Assembly: GCA_016699915.1 (NCBI GenBank)
Contig: CP064990.1
Span: forward strand, 256,671-320,670
Direction: 5' to 3'
Source of the DNA: Neisseriales bacterium
Lineage (GTDB): Bacteria; Pseudomonadota; Gammaproteobacteria; Burkholderiales; Q3-R57-64
DNA length: 64,000 nt
In this document: piece by piece, positions 1 to 10,509 of the stretch
How the letters are laid out: each line of letters opens with the position of its first letter
Position numbering within the stretch: the stretch's first letter is position 1
Program-made: the position numbers and the translations under genes
The notes under the pieces: generated by a model
Seen by the model: the letters and a program-made list of their open reading frames with translations, nothing else
What the model was told of the DNA's origin: nothing
Databases searched by the model: none

Positions 1-1
1 T

Positions 2-760
2 GATGCTATTATTAAAAGGATGATGCATCGTTTAGCCTATGTGCGCTTGCAACCTGATAGGGTGCTTGATGTGGGTAGCGGCACAGGCAACGGCGCTTTC
101 CATTTGCGCCAGCATTATCCGGTTGCTGATGTCATTGAGCTGGATATAGCTTGGTCTATGCTAACTTGTTCTTATTGTAAAACAGTAAACACCTCTTCGC
201 GACGTAGCCAATGGCTACTGAATGCGAACATGGATTACTTGCCTATTGCCAATGAAGCGGTTGATATGCTGTGGTCCAATTTGGTTTTGCATTATACGAA
301 TCACCCCGAAAGAATCTTACAAGAATGGCACCGTGTTTTAAAACCTAACGGACTTTTAATGTTCAGTTTATTAGGCCCTAAGACGCTGCAAGAATTTCAA
401 AGTGTTTTTTTGCAATCAGGCTGTCTTGGTTCACCCCATCATTTTGCTAGCATGCAGGCAATCGGTGACCAACTGCTGGAAGTAGGTTTTTCTGACCCGG
501 TTGTTGACCATGAAATGGTTGTGTTAACCTACCCAAATTGGCGAATGATGATACAGGCTTTGCGTGGTAGCGGTATGTATGCTTTACTTATTAATCAGTT
601 ACCAGCAAGGCTATCTCAGCAGCAATGGCGAAGGATTCAACAGCAATATGACATGCTGAGGTATGGGGGGGCTGATTGGCCAGTTACTTGTGAAGTGATT
701 TACGGGCATGCTTGGCGCGCTATAGCCGATGATGCGTTATATTCGATCCGGTCGGTATGA
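2..760 (+). CDS. bioC: BioC-like class I SAM-dependent methyltransferase (malonyl-ACP O-methyltransferase family); 5' end lies outside the window
   Basis: The frame is open to nt 2. It has SAM motif I 'VLDVGSGTG', then 'LWSNLVLHY', 'VLKPNGLLMFSLLGPKTLQEF' and a C-terminal 'VIYGHAW', collinear with E. coli BioC as I remember it. Confidence 0.6.
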   Translation, partial: DAIIKRMMHRLAYVRLQPDRVLDVGSGTGNGAFHLRQHYPVADVIELDIAWSMLTCSYCKTVNTSSRRSQWLLNANMDYLPIANEAVDMLWSNLVLHYTNHPERILQEWHRVLKPNGLLMFSLLGPKTLQEFQSVFLQSGCLGSPHHFASMQAIGDQLLEVGFSDPVVDHEMVVLTYPNWRMMIQALRGSGMYALLINQLPARLSQQQWRRIQQQYDMLRYGGADWPVTCEVIYGHAWRAIADDALYSIRSV

Positions 761-787
761 TCGGTATGTTGAGGATAGGCATAATTA

Positions 788-1432
788 ATGCAAAGGTCTG
801 GGATTGGTTTATTTGGCGGCACTTTTGACCCGATTCATCTTGGCCATCTTCGCTTGGCTTGTGCATTAAGAGATGAATTGCGATTATCCAAAGTTTACCT
901 TATACCTGCCGGACAGCCTTACCATAAAACAGCGTTGCCTGTTGCTAGCGCAGCCCAGCGCTTGGCCATGGTCAAGCTCGCTATTCAAGGCGAACCGTTG
1001 CTATTTACTGATGATCGTGATGCGGTTAAGCAAACACCAACCTATACAGTAGAAACACTCAGTACCATCCGCCAAGAGGTTGGCAGTAAAGAAGTGTTAT
1101 GGTATCTGATGGGTATGGATGCTTTTAGGCAATTGACCTTATGGAAAGACTGGAAAATTTTACTGACACTCACTAATATTGCCGTTGCTTTGCGAGATAA
1201 GCATCATGCTAAGCTACCGACACAACTGGATCTTCTATGGCAAGCACGGCAATCCGATGTATTTTCCCATCAAGTAGCAGGTAGGTTGTATTGCCTGCAT
1301 TTGCCTCCCAAAGCTATTGCTTCAAGGGATTTAAGGGAGCAGTTAATGTGCGGTAAACACGATCAAACTTTAGTACCCCAAGCTGTTTTAGACTATATGA
1401 CACGAGAAGCCATTTATTATCAGCCTGCTTGA
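788..1432 (+). CDS. nadD: nicotinate-nucleotide adenylyltransferase
   Basis: 214 aa. Nucleotidyltransferase motif 'GLFGGTFDPIHLGHL' and a C-terminal 'IASRDLRE' (ISSTxIR-like). Confidence 0.9.
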   Translation: MQRSGIGLFGGTFDPIHLGHLRLACALRDELRLSKVYLIPAGQPYHKTALPVASAAQRLAMVKLAIQGEPLLFTDDRDAVKQTPTYTVETLSTIRQEVGSKEVLWYLMGMDAFRQLTLWKDWKILLTLTNIAVALRDKHHAKLPTQLDLLWQARQSDVFSHQVAGRLYCLHLPPKAIASRDLREQLMCGKHDQTLVPQAVLDYMTREAIYYQPA

Positions 1433-1536
1433 TGAGGCATCTCTATCCAATCCATAGTTGTTAAAAAATAAGAGCACATTATACTCAACGTGATATTGAT
1501 CAGGTGCTATTGACTGTGTGATGGGATGCTTCAAAT

Positions 1537-2028
1537 ATGATACAACCTACCGAGGCTGATGTGATTTCAATATTATTGATGCGTAATGAACTTGGTTTAG
1601 GTATGTTACTCGGTAAGCATTTTTGTAATCGTTACGCTTATGCGTGCAGTATATTTTCCATACTATTGCTTTTATTACTCGTCGTGCACAGCAAGCCTGC
1701 TTTTGCCCAATTTGGCCAGGATGATTATGATTATGTGGATTATGAGGATCTCAAATCAAAAGTTTGTGCAAGAGAATTAGAGCGATTTCGTCAAAAACTT
1801 CGTAATGATGATATCCCCCTTGTTGTATTCCTCAAAATTACTCGTAAACTGATCATAGAGAAGTGCGGGTCGGATAATTATTTGTTGATTAATTATTTAT
1901 CTCGAATCATTGTTCAAGCAGAACGGCTCGAAAAAGGTGAAATCAGTTACGAAATATTTAGGCGCTTCAGAAATCAAGAGTGGAGGAGATATGAAAGAAA
2001 GGTTCAGCAGAGCAACGAAAAATACTGA
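1537..2028 (+). CDS. hypothetical small secreted protein (orphan). The true start is probably ATG 1603, giving a signal peptide ending 'PAFA'
   Basis: 163-aa ORF. Internal 'MLLGKHFCNRYAYACSIFSILLLLLLVVHSKPAFA|QFGQ' looks like a Sec signal peptide. The mature part has an acidic Tyr-rich 'DDYDYVDYEDL' followed by basic helical sequence. I recognise no family. Confidence 0.45.
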   Translation: MIQPTEADVISILLMRNELGLGMLLGKHFCNRYAYACSIFSILLLLLLVVHSKPAFAQFGQDDYDYVDYEDLKSKVCARELERFRQKLRNDDIPLVVFLKITRKLIIEKCGSDNYLLINYLSRIIVQAERLEKGEISYEIFRRFRNQEWRRYERKVQQSNEKY

Positions 2029-2515
2029 TACCTCGGCTCACCCAGAAAATTCGTTTTTCAGTCCTCGATATGTTATTGCCTTGTTGTTTGTGGTCTTCAT
2101 TGCTGTTATCATTTGCGTCATATTTTGGCAAAAAAATACTATTCTAGAAGAAAAAATAAAAATTGCGGACAGCCAAATTGCGTCCAGCGAGGTTGTTGCA
2201 TTTGAGCCCCAGGTAGCTAGTCAGGAAATTCAAACAGCTCAAGAAACGATGGAGGAGTTTAAAAATAAGCATGACAAGATATCCGAGACAGATGTTGAGC
2301 AGTACTGGGAAATTTCGAGCTTAAAAGAACAAAATGCCATATTAGTTAACAATGTTCAAGCGCTCAAACAGTACAACGATAGGCTTGAGTCAGAATCTGC
2401 AGCTTTTGGGTCAAGAATTTCAGAGTTGGAGTCAGAAATTGCTGCCTTAAGACGCAGGCTCTACAATCTAGAGGCTCAGGAAGACTATATTGCAGAAGAA
2501 GCGAGCGCGGAATAG
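1991..2515 (+). CDS. hypothetical N-terminally membrane-anchored coiled-coil protein (orphan)
   Basis: A strong RBS GGAGGAG (1983-1989) sits just before ATG 1991, in the same frame as track ORF 1910..2515. There is one TM segment, '[20 protein letters not shown]', then heptad-like Glu/Gln/Leu-rich sequence ('[21 protein letters not shown]'). It overlaps the upstream ORF by 38 nt. Confidence 0.5.
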   Translation: MKERFSRATKNTDTSAHPENSFFSPRYVIALLFVVFIAVIICVIFWQKNTILEEKIKIADSQIASSEVVAFEPQVASQEIQTAQETMEEFKNKHDKISETDVEQYWEISSLKEQNAILVNNVQALKQYNDRLESESAAFGSRISELESEIAALRRRLYNLEAQEDYIAEEASAE

Positions 2516-2516
2516 A

Positions 2517-2669
<153 letters not shown>

Positions 2670-2711
2670 TGTGGCATTTACAGCGATGCAAAAATAAAGA
2701 AGAATTGGTCG

Positions 2712-3329
2712 ATGAGTAGATTAATCTTGTCTTATATATTTACCTCCTCTTCACTTTGGATCTTCTCCTTCCTCATGCCGTTGTTGTTTTTATCGGCTAA
2801 AGCACCCCCATTACTTATTACGACCGCTTATGCTGTTGCTTTTTCGTCTTATTTGATTGTGACTCCTTTTGCTGGCGGGCTTTGTGATCGATTTAACAAA
2901 AAAATGATGCTGTTGCTCGGAGAATTATTAGCGTCTCTGTCCATAGCCATTATCGCCATCATGCCAATAAATAGTACGACCACTCCCTTGATTTTGCTAC
3001 TCACGTTTATTGCTGCTTCAGCAGGCGTGATGCATCATCCAACCTTTCAAAGTATTATTCCTTCTGTCGTACATCCTGATTTTCGCGAAAAGTTTAATGC
3101 CAAAATTAATGGGATTGATAATGTGGTTAATATTTTGGCGCCATTAGGCGCTGGTTCACTGTTAATATTGATGAATCATCAACAGGTTTTATTATCATGT
3201 ATAGCACTTAATTGTATTTCTTATTTAATTATTACTTATTTAAATTATCAACACTTCTCTGATAAGTGGCACCCTGATTTTCCTGGGGGTGCTCTATGGG
3301 AAAAAGACACCTTTGTTTGGAGCGGGTGA
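2712..3329 (+). pseudogene. MFS transporter, N-terminal half only (about 6 TM); truncated
   Basis: ATG 2712 lies within track ORF 2490..3329. The 205 aa contain about 6 hydrophobic helices and an MFS loop motif, 'PFAGGLCDRFNKKMMLL'. The ORF ends in non-MFS sequence ('SDKWHPDFPGGALWEKDTFVWSG'). Only ~250 bp of non-coding DNA follow, whereas full-length relatives are ~400 aa. Confidence 0.6.
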
Positions 3330-3447
3330 TAATGTCAAGCCCTCCTAAGCTATTCATTAGCTTTTTATATGCATCAAGTGTTTGCGTAATCTATACGCTA
3401 TGACATCCATTATTCGAACAGATGCTTTCTCATTGAGAAAATAGAAC

Positions 3448-3485
3448 AAAAAAACCTTGGCGAAAATAAACAATTTCGCCAAGGT
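3448..3485 (-). terminator. intrinsic terminator downstream of dnaK
   Basis: An 11-bp perfect stem, CCTTGGCGAAA (3455-3465) / TTTCGCCAAGG (3474-3484). On the minus strand it is followed by T7 (the plus-strand A-run at 3448-3454). It lies 100 nt after the dnaK stop. Confidence 0.75.
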
Positions 3486-3585
3486 TCTATATTGCCACTG
3501 CTCTAAATGGTTAATATCTTTGACCACTTACAAAGCTTTTCAATAGAAGCGATAGGTTGCTTGCTATTTTCAGTTAGCAGGACAA

Positions 3586-5532
3586 TTATTTTTTATCTTT
3601 CTGATCGTCTTTTACCTCTGAAAACTCTGCATCAACAATATCCTCTGGTGCTTTTTTCTCACCATTTTCGGGTTGTTTTGCTTGTTCTGACGTAGCGTTT
3701 TTGTCTGCCTGCATCTGTGCATACATCAATTCACCCAATTTTTGGCTCACTTTAGCGAGTGCTTCAGATTTTTGCTCAATTTCTGTTTGGTTATCACTTT
3801 TCACAGCTTCTTCCAACGCTTTTAGCGCTGTTTCGATCTGATTTTTCTCGTCTGCACTGATTTTATCGCCATATTCCGCAAGCGATTTTTTTGTTGCATG
3901 AAGCAAGGTATCAGCTTGATTTTTAGCTTGCACCAATGCATGGAGTTTTTTGTCTTCTTCGGCATTGGTTTCAGCATCTTTGACCATGTTCTGAATTTCT
4001 GCTTCTGATAAGCCGGAAGATGCTTGAATAATAATTTTGTTTTCTTTGCCAGTTGCCTTATCTTTGGCAGAAACATGCAAGATACCGTTAGCGTCAATAT
4101 CAAATGTGACTTCAATTTGCGGGATACCGCGTGGCGCAGGCGGAATATCGGATAGATTAAATTGTCCCAAAGATTTATTAGCACTTGCTTTTTCGCGCTC
4201 ACCTTGTAAGACATGAATCGTTACACTACCCTGATTATCTTCCGCAGTTGAAAATACTTGGCTTGCCTTGGTGGGAATAGTGGTATTTTTTTGAATCAGT
4301 TTGGTTAAAACACCCCCCAAAGTTTCGATACCCAAAGATAAGGGCGTTACATCTAGTAGCAACACATCAGTTCGGTCTCCTGCCAACACCGAACCTTGAA
4401 TAGCAGCTCCCACCGCAACGGCTTCATCGGGATTAATATCTTTTCTGGGTTCTTGACCAAAGAAAGCTTTGACCACTTCTTGCACTTTTGGCATACGGGT
4501 TTGCCCACCTACCAAAATAACATCGTGAATGTCGCTGACCGATAGCCCAGCATCTTGCAGAGCAATTTTGCACGGCTCAATAGAGCGCTGAATTAAGTCT
4601 TCAACGAGGGATTCGAATTTTGCACGCGTTAACTTCATCGTCAGGTGTTTAGGGCCTGACGCATCCATCGTAATGTAAGGTAAATTAATTTCGGTCTGTG
4701 TAGCGCTGGATAATTCAATCTTTGCTTTTTCGGCTGCTTCTTTTAAGCGTTGTAGTGCCATGACATCATTTTTCAGATCAATGCCTTGCTCTTTTTTATA
4801 TTCCGTCACAATATAGTCAATAATGCGCTGATCAAAATCCTCGCCACCAAGGAAAGTGTCTCCATTTGTCGCTAACACCTCAAACTGTTTATCATTATCA
4901 ACGGCAGCAATTTCAATGATGGAGATATCGAAGGTACCACCACCTAGGTCGTAGATAACAATTTTACTGTCATTTTTTTGGGTTTTATCCATACCAAAAG
5001 CCAACGCCGCCGCTGTGGGTTCGTTGATAATTCGCTTGACTTCTAGGCCGGCAATCCGACCCGCATCCTTTGTTGCTTGACGCTGGCTATCATTAAAGTA
5101 GGCTGGTACGGTAATCACCGCTTCAGTAACAGTTTCGCCTAAATAGTCTTCGGCAGCTTTTTTAAGTTTTCTTAAGATTTCCGCTGCGATCTGAGGTGGC
5201 GCCATTTCTTTGCCTTGTGCTCTGACCCATGCGTCCCCATTAGGGGCTTTCATGATCTCAAAAGGCATCAAGTCAATATCTTTTTGGACTTCTTTATCTT
5301 CAAAACGCCGACCAATTAAGCGTTTAGTAGCATATAAAGTATTCTTTGCATTGGTGACGGCCTGACGTTTAGCCGAAGCACCAACGAGCACTTGATTGTC
5401 ATCCATATAAGCAACCACAGAAGGTGTCGTACGACCCCCTTCGGAGTTTTCAATGACCTTCGGTTTGCCATGCTCTATGATGGCTAAGCAAGAATTGGTG
5501 GTACCCAAATCAATGCCAATAATTTTTCCCAT
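3586..5532 (-). CDS. dnaK: molecular chaperone DnaK (Hsp70)
   Basis: 648 aa. Hsp70 signatures '[10 protein letters not shown]', '[12 protein letters not shown]' and '[11 protein letters not shown]'. Confidence 0.98.
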   Translation of the reverse strand: MGKIIGIDLGTTNSCLAIIEHGKPKVIENSEGGRTTPSVVAYMDDNQVLVGASAKRQAVTNAKNTLYATKRLIGRRFEDKEVQKDIDLMPFEIMKAPNGDAWVRAQGKEMAPPQIAAEILRKLKKAAEDYLGETVTEAVITVPAYFNDSQRQATKDAGRIAGLEVKRIINEPTAAALAFGMDKTQKNDSKIVIYDLGGGTFDISIIEIAAVDNDKQFEVLATNGDTFLGGEDFDQRIIDYIVTEYKKEQGIDLKNDVMALQRLKEAAEKAKIELSSATQTEINLPYITMDASGPKHLTMKLTRAKFESLVEDLIQRSIEPCKIALQDAGLSVSDIHDVILVGGQTRMPKVQEVVKAFFGQEPRKDINPDEAVAVGAAIQGSVLAGDRTDVLLLDVTPLSLGIETLGGVLTKLIQKNTTIPTKASQVFSTAEDNQGSVTIHVLQGEREKASANKSLGQFNLSDIPPAPRGIPQIEVTFDIDANGILHVSAKDKATGKENKIIIQASSGLSEAEIQNMVKDAETNAEEDKKLHALVQAKNQADTLLHATKKSLAEYGDKISADEKNQIETALKALEEAVKSDNQTEIEQKSEALAKVSQKLGELMYAQMQADKNATSEQAKQPENGEKKAPEDIVDAEFSEVKDDQKDKK

Positions 5533-5547
5533 AATTTTTCCTAATTT

Positions 5548-6171
5548 TTAAGAGTGCTTGTCATGATTTAAAGGAATTGTTTCATCTCGTTGATATAGGT
5601 CGTGGTCATTTGTCTTATTTTCAAGTACTGAGGATACCGGATTGACTGCAGCAGAAACAATGACCATGGCAGGTCTTAGCACCCGATCAGCGATTACATA
5701 ACCTTTTTGCATGACACGCAATACACGGTTTGGTTCTTGCTCAGATGCTTCGGTACTAATTGCATGATGCCGGTGCGGATCAAGCTGTTCGCCTTGAACT
5801 GGATTAATTTCGCTAATTTGAGCCCTTTCAAAAGCTGAAACTAACTGCTTGAGTGTCAACGAAACCCCCATTTTTAATGTTTCAAACTGATTGCTCTCAT
5901 CGGCCAGCGCCATTTCTAAGGCATCTTTAACACCTAAAAGGTCGGCAGCGAACTTATTGGACGCGTATTTATGCGCATTCTGTAATGCTTCCTCTGAGCG
6001 ACGACGCTGATTTTCCATTTCAGCCAATGTTCGCAAAAGCTGATCATGCAACTGGCGACAAGTCTCCTCAAGTTGCAATGTGGTTTGATCGGACTCGTTT
6101 TTTTGCGGTGTAGGAGCCTGCACTGTTTCTTCAGGACAAGATATTGTTTTATGTTTAGTATGGCTTGCCAT
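5548..6171 (-). CDS. grpE: nucleotide exchange factor GrpE
   Basis: 207 aa. 'LRTLAEMENQRRR' and a C-terminal 'GYVIADRVLRPAMVIV'. It lies 15 nt upstream of dnaK. Confidence 0.93.
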   Translation of the reverse strand: MASHTKHKTISCPEETVQAPTPQKNESDQTTLQLEETCRQLHDQLLRTLAEMENQRRRSEEALQNAHKYASNKFAADLLGVKDALEMALADESNQFETLKMGVSLTLKQLVSAFERAQISEINPVQGEQLDPHRHHAISTEASEQEPNRVLRVMQKGYVIADRVLRPAMVIVSAAVNPVSSVLENKTNDHDLYQRDETIPLNHDKHS

Positions 6172-6200
6172 GCTTTATTCCTACAGAATAGCCTTAAGAT

Positions 6201-7211
6201 CTAAGTTTGAGTACAGCTACCAGATGAGGGCATATCGCCTAAATTCAATAGGGCAACGTCAGCACGTTTGGATTGCAAAGTAGATGGCAGCGCAAAAACA
6301 ACCTTTTCTTCTACACCCGCTAATTCCTGTATGGTAGCTTGGGTCAGCTCTTGAATGCGTAGCGCAATTGTTTTGACTAAGCTCTCCGGTGCTGATGCGC
6401 CAGCCGTCAAACCAATATGGGCTACTTGTTCAAACCAGCTTTCATTGAGTTGATCAGCGTGATCCACCATCCAAGCTTGCGTACCTGCTTGTTCAACAAC
6501 TTCTTTTAGGCGATTAGAGTTAGAGCTATTAGGGGAGCCAACGATCACCATAATATCAGAAAGTTTAGCAAGCGTGATTGCGGCATTTTGTCGATTTTGC
6601 GTAGCATAGCAAATATCGCTTTTTCTAGGCCCGATGATACCAGGAAACTTTCTTTTTAATGCTGTAATAATTGCTTGGGTTTCTTGTACGGCGAGCGTGG
6701 TTTGCGTGACATAAGCGAGTTGTTGTGAATGCTTGACTGGAAGTAGTGCAATATCATCGATAGATTCAATCAAGTAAATATGTTCCGTTAACTGTCCCAT
6801 TGTGCCTACTACTTCGGGATGTCCAGCATGGCCAATCATGATGATTTCGAATCCAGCCTCATGCATTCGGCGAACTTCCAGATGAACCTTTTTAACAAGG
6901 GGGCAGGTTGCATCGAGTATTCGCATGGATTTAGCTTGAGCGGTTTGCTCAACGGCGCGCGATACGCCATGCGCTGAGAAGATGCATACGGACTGTGGCG
7001 GGGCTTCATCAAGATTTTCTACAAAAATGGCACCTTGTTTTTGTAATGCAGCGATGACAAATCGATTATGAACGACTTCGTGATGCACGAAAACAGGTTG
7101 TCCAAATTGTTCAAGTGTCAAGCGAACAATGGATATAGCTCGATCAACACCTGCACAAAAGCCACGCGGATTAGCGATATATAATATTTTTTGAGTCATT
7201 GGCGTCGCCAT
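6201..7211 (-). CDS. ispH: 4-hydroxy-3-methylbut-2-enyl diphosphate reductase
   Basis: 'ANPRGFCAGVDRAI', 'VHNRFV' and 'GSPNSSNSNRL'. The start may be the 5th codon (MTQKIL). Confidence 0.95.
   Translation of the reverse strand: MATPMTQKILYIANPRGFCAGVDRAISIVRLTLEQFGQPVFVHHEVVHNRFVIAALQKQGAIFVENLDEAPPQSVCIFSAHGVSRAVEQTAQAKSMRILDATCPLVKKVHLEVRRMHEAGFEIIMIGHAGHPEVVGTMGQLTEHIYLIESIDDIALLPVKHSQQLAYVTQTTLAVQETQAIITALKRKFPGIIGPRKSDICYATQNRQNAAITLAKLSDIMVIVGSPNSSNSNRLKEVVEQAGTQAWMVDHADQLNESWFEQVAHIGLTAGASAPESLVKTIALRIQELTQATIQELAGVEEKVVFALPSTLQSKRADVALLNLGDMPSSGSCTQT
6222..6249 (-). promoter_or_regulatory. candidate sigma32 (heat-shock) promoter for grpE-dnaK, inside the 3' end of ispH
   Basis: The minus strand reads ATTGAAT - 13 nt - CCTCATCT, against the E. 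coli sigma32 consensus CTTGAAA-N13-15-CCCCATNT. It lies ~50-75 nt upstream of the grpE ATG (6171). Confidence 0.45.
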
Positions 7212-7232
7212 GCTATGTTAAGTACTACATCG

Positions 7233-7733
7233 TCATGAGCGTTTCAGCGTGGCTGGACGATTAATAAGGAAACCCAATGCACCGAGTGTAATGCAACTAT
7301 CAGCAAGGTTAAAAGCTGGAAAAGTATATTGCTGATAATAAAATACGAGAAAATCAGTTACATAACCATAAAGGCATCGATCAATCAAATTACCGATTGC
7401 TCCACCGAGAATCAATGCTGCACTCATTGACATCATGCCGACAAAATACCCACGCCAGATACCTCGTATCAACCAAATGGCCATTATGATGGCTAGCGCG
7501 GCAAAAAGGTAAATTTGCCAACCCGTCTCATGAGATAAGAAGCTAAAAGCCGCGCCAGTGTTATAGTACAAAGAGAGTTTAAAGAAGCCTGGAATGGCTT
7601 CGTAAGAGGTTACTTTGGCTAACCAAGCGCGACAAGTTATTTTGCTAAGCTGGTCTAGTAAAATCATAACACCCGCTAAACCTAACCACTGCCAAGGATT
7701 GGCATCATGTTTTTTTTGGATCGTATTAGGCAT
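7233..7733 (-). CDS. lspA: lipoprotein signal peptidase II
   Basis: '[10 protein letters not shown]' and 'FNLADS'. I place the start at ATG 7733 (MPNTIQKK...), which overlaps the ileS stop by 8 nt. The longer track ORF (to 7868) would run deep into ileS. Confidence 0.9.
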   Translation of the reverse strand: MPNTIQKKHDANPWQWLGLAGVMILLDQLSKITCRAWLAKVTSYEAIPGFFKLSLYYNTGAAFSFLSHETGWQIYLFAALAIIMAIWLIRGIWRGYFVGMMSMSAALILGGAIGNLIDRCLYGYVTDFLVFYYQQYTFPAFNLADSCITLGALGFLINRPATLKRS

Positions 7734-10509
7734 GGCGACGTATTTCTCCTTGACCATATACATTGCTCTGGCAACGATTGCACAGTGTTGGGTATGTAGT
7801 AGATTGACCAACGGATGGATGAAAATGCCAACAACGGGCACATTTATTATGCTGACTAGGTAGGACATGCAGGGTTAATGTATCTCCCATGATGATACTA
7901 ACTTGCGAGACGATGAGTGCGAATTGCAATTCATCCTGTAGGCTAGATAAAAAGGAGTATAACGTTTTGGGAGCAATCACTTGCACTTCGGCTTGCAAGG
8001 AAGAGCCGATATGGCCGACTTGACGCTGATTTTCAAGTGCTTTATGTACTACTTCACGAAAAGCGCGGATGGCCTGCCATTTATCAAGCAAAATTTGTCG
8101 CTCGCCAGGAGATTGCTTAGGAAAAATGTAAGTCGTGTGGAACAAAGTGCTATCTTGATCGTCTTGTACAAGCGTCTCCCATGCTTCTTCTGCAGTGAAG
8201 GTTAAAATAGGGCTCATTAATAGTAATAGACTATGTGTGATATGGTAAAGCACAGTTTGTGCCGAACGCCGACCCAGGCTATTTTTCTGCATGGTATAGA
8301 GGCGATCTTTGATGATATCTAAATAAAAAGCCCCTAAATCTTCTGAGCAATAGTGTACCAGTTCTTGTACAGCAAAATGAAACGTGTAGCGCTCGTAATG
8401 AGTAAGAACCTTTTCCTGCAACAGTTCTGAGACAATTAACATATAGCGATCTAATTCGATCATCTGATCCAGCTGTATTGATTGCTCGGTTGGGTTAAAG
8501 TCGGATAGGTTAGCTAACAAAAATCGGATGGTATTTCGTATCCTTCGATAACTTTCGGTTGCCTGCTGCAAGATTTCATCTGAAACCGCTATCTCGCCTG
8601 AGTAATCGGTCGATGCGATCCATAGACGCAAAATATCTGCCCCCAACGAATCATTGATTTTTTGGGGTGAGATGACATTCCCGAGCGATTTGGACATTTT
8701 ATTGCCCTTGCTATCGACCACAAAACCGTGGGTGAGTAGTTGACGATAAGGGGCTTTTTTAAGGATAGCGCTACCAATAATTAAGGAGGTTTGAAACCAA
8801 CCACGATGCTGATCAGAGCCTTCCAAATATAAATCAGCAGGCCAAGTCAGTTCAGGTCTTTCCTGTAAGACAGTCATATGGGTTGATCCTGAATCAAACC
8901 ACACATCTAAAATATCAGGGGATTTTTGGTATAGATCAGCCTCATCTCCGAGCAAGGTTTTGGGGTCAAGTTTGAACCATGCCTCAATACCTTCTTTTTC
9001 GATCAATTGCGCAACTTGTTCAAGTAGTGCCTCGGAATTCGGGTGCAGTGTTTGGGTGTGGCGGCGCACGAAAAATGGTATCGGAATCCCCCATTGTCGC
9101 TGCCTCGATATACACCAGTCGGGTCGCGAATCAATCGTAGATCTAAGGCGTATTTTGCCTGAATCAGGAAAAAATTGTATTGCTTGGGCTACTTGCTTTA
9201 GTGTTGTACGTAACGTGGTTTTTTGTGACCCCAGTTTATCCATGTGGATAAACCATTGTTTTGTTGTACGAAACAAAAGCGGGGTGTGATGGCGCCAGCA
9301 ATGTGGATAACTATGCGTGATTTTTGCTTGATGAATCAAAGTATGCTGTTTTTGAAGTGTATCAATAATTGTTTGATCAACTTGCCTAACCGACAAGCCA
9401 GCGAACAATTCCACATCAGGTTTGTAGCATCCGCTTGCATCCAAGGGATTATGAAGTGGCAAGTGATATTTTAGTCCAACAAGAAAATCTTCTGTGCCAT
9501 GAACAGGAGCAGTATGGACAAGGCCTGTTCCCGCATCGGTTGTAACATGTGAACCGCATATGATGGGCACGGTTCGCTGATAAAAAGGGTGCTGCAATAC
9601 TAGATGCTCTAGTTCACTACCCATTGCCTCTGCTATGAGGTCGTATCGTTCAATGCCACAGCGTTGACAGGTTATATCAACCAGTGCTTTAGCTACTATC
9701 CAGCAAGTATTATTGTTGATGCTAATTAATTGATAGATTAATTCAGCGTGCACCGCAACGGCCTGATTTGCTGGCAATGTCCAAGGTGTTGTTGTCCAAA
9801 TTACCGCAAAACAAGCTTGATTGGGTTGCGGAATACCAAATGCTTTGGCTAATTTGGCAGGTTCTTGTACCCGAAATGCGACATCAAGGGCAATGGTGGT
9901 ATGTGGGGCGTATTCCACTTCTGTCTCAGCTAGTGCTGAGATGCATTCGATACACCAATGTACGGGTTTTTCTCCCTGTCCCAAGTAACCTGCTTGATAA
10001 ACCCTACTCAAGGTTCGTACGGTATTAGCCTCTGTTAAAAAATCCATCGTGATATAAGGGTGATCCCAATCCCCACAAATACCCAACCGAATAAAATCCT
10101 GCTTTTGTTTGGCGATTTGCTGGGTAGCATATTCGCGACATCGTTGACGAAATTGATCGGCAGGCATAGCTTTACCATATATTTTTTCAATAGCCAGCTC
10201 AATCGGTAATCCATGGCAGTCCCAGCCAGGTATGTAAGGCGCATCAAAACCAGCAATCGTTTTTGAGCGAATCACGATATCTTTGAGCACTTTATTGACA
10301 GCATGCCCTATGTGGATAGAGCCATTAGCGTAAGGGGGGCCATCATGCAAAATAAATTTTGGTCTACCAAGAGCCAGCTGACGCAAATGTTGATAGCGGC
10401 CTTGTTTTTGCCATTTTTTAACCCACTCCGGCTCCCGTTGCGCTAAGTTAGCACGCATGGGAAAGGTTGTATCCATCAAATTGATGGTGGTTGTGTAATC
10501 TATATTCAC
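7726..10509 (-). CDS. ileS: isoleucine--tRNA ligase
   Basis: 927 aa. HIGH motif '[12 protein letters not shown]', KMSKS motif 'KMSKSLGN', and C-terminal Zn-binding 'CARCW...CNRC'. Confidence 0.98.
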   Translation of the reverse strand: MNIDYTTTINLMDTTFPMRANLAQREPEWVKKWQKQGRYQHLRQLALGRPKFILHDGPPYANGSIHIGHAVNKVLKDIVIRSKTIAGFDAPYIPGWDCHGLPIELAIEKIYGKAMPADQFRQRCREYATQQIAKQKQDFIRLGICGDWDHPYITMDFLTEANTVRTLSRVYQAGYLGQGEKPVHWCIECISALAETEVEYAPHTTIALDVAFRVQEPAKLAKAFGIPQPNQACFAVIWTTTPWTLPANQAVAVHAELIYQLISINNNTCWIVAKALVDITCQRCGIERYDLIAEAMGSELEHLVLQHPFYQRTVPIICGSHVTTDAGTGLVHTAPVHGTEDFLVGLKYHLPLHNPLDASGCYKPDVELFAGLSVRQVDQTIIDTLQKQHTLIHQAKITHSYPHCWRHHTPLLFRTTKQWFIHMDKLGSQKTTLRTTLKQVAQAIQFFPDSGKIRLRSTIDSRPDWCISRQRQWGIPIPFFVRRHTQTLHPNSEALLEQVAQLIEKEGIEAWFKLDPKTLLGDEADLYQKSPDILDVWFDSGSTHMTVLQERPELTWPADLYLEGSDQHRGWFQTSLIIGSAILKKAPYRQLLTHGFVVDSKGNKMSKSLGNVISPQKINDSLGADILRLWIASTDYSGEIAVSDEILQQATESYRRIRNTIRFLLANLSDFNPTEQSIQLDQMIELDRYMLIVSELLQEKVLTHYERYTFHFAVQELVHYCSEDLGAFYLDIIKDRLYTMQKNSLGRRSAQTVLYHITHSLLLLMSPILTFTAEEAWETLVQDDQDSTLFHTTYIFPKQSPGERQILLDKWQAIRAFREVVHKALENQRQVGHIGSSLQAEVQVIAPKTLYSFLSSLQDELQFALIVSQVSIIMGDTLTLHVLPSQHNKCARCWHFHPSVGQSTTYPTLCNRCQSNVYGQGEIRRHA

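Noticed and set aside
1910-2028. The overlap of ORFs 1537..2028 and 1910..2515 could indicate one frameshifted gene.
   Set aside because: A strong GGAGGAG RBS followed by ATG 1991 gives the second ORF its own start, with a sensible N-terminus-then-TM layout. The first ORF ends in a coherent basic C-terminus. Two coupled genes is the simpler reading.
3822-4214. A 130-aa antisense-frame ORF lies inside dnaK. Similar nested ORFs occur in ileS (8960..9289, 9244..9474, 9768..10028), lnt (28178..28657, 28013..28339), the aminotransferase gene (26655..27038), murC (39181..39555), polA, tkt, mutY and others.
   Set aside because: All lie within or opposite strongly conserved genes, carry no recognisable motifs, and have the biased composition expected of shadow frames.
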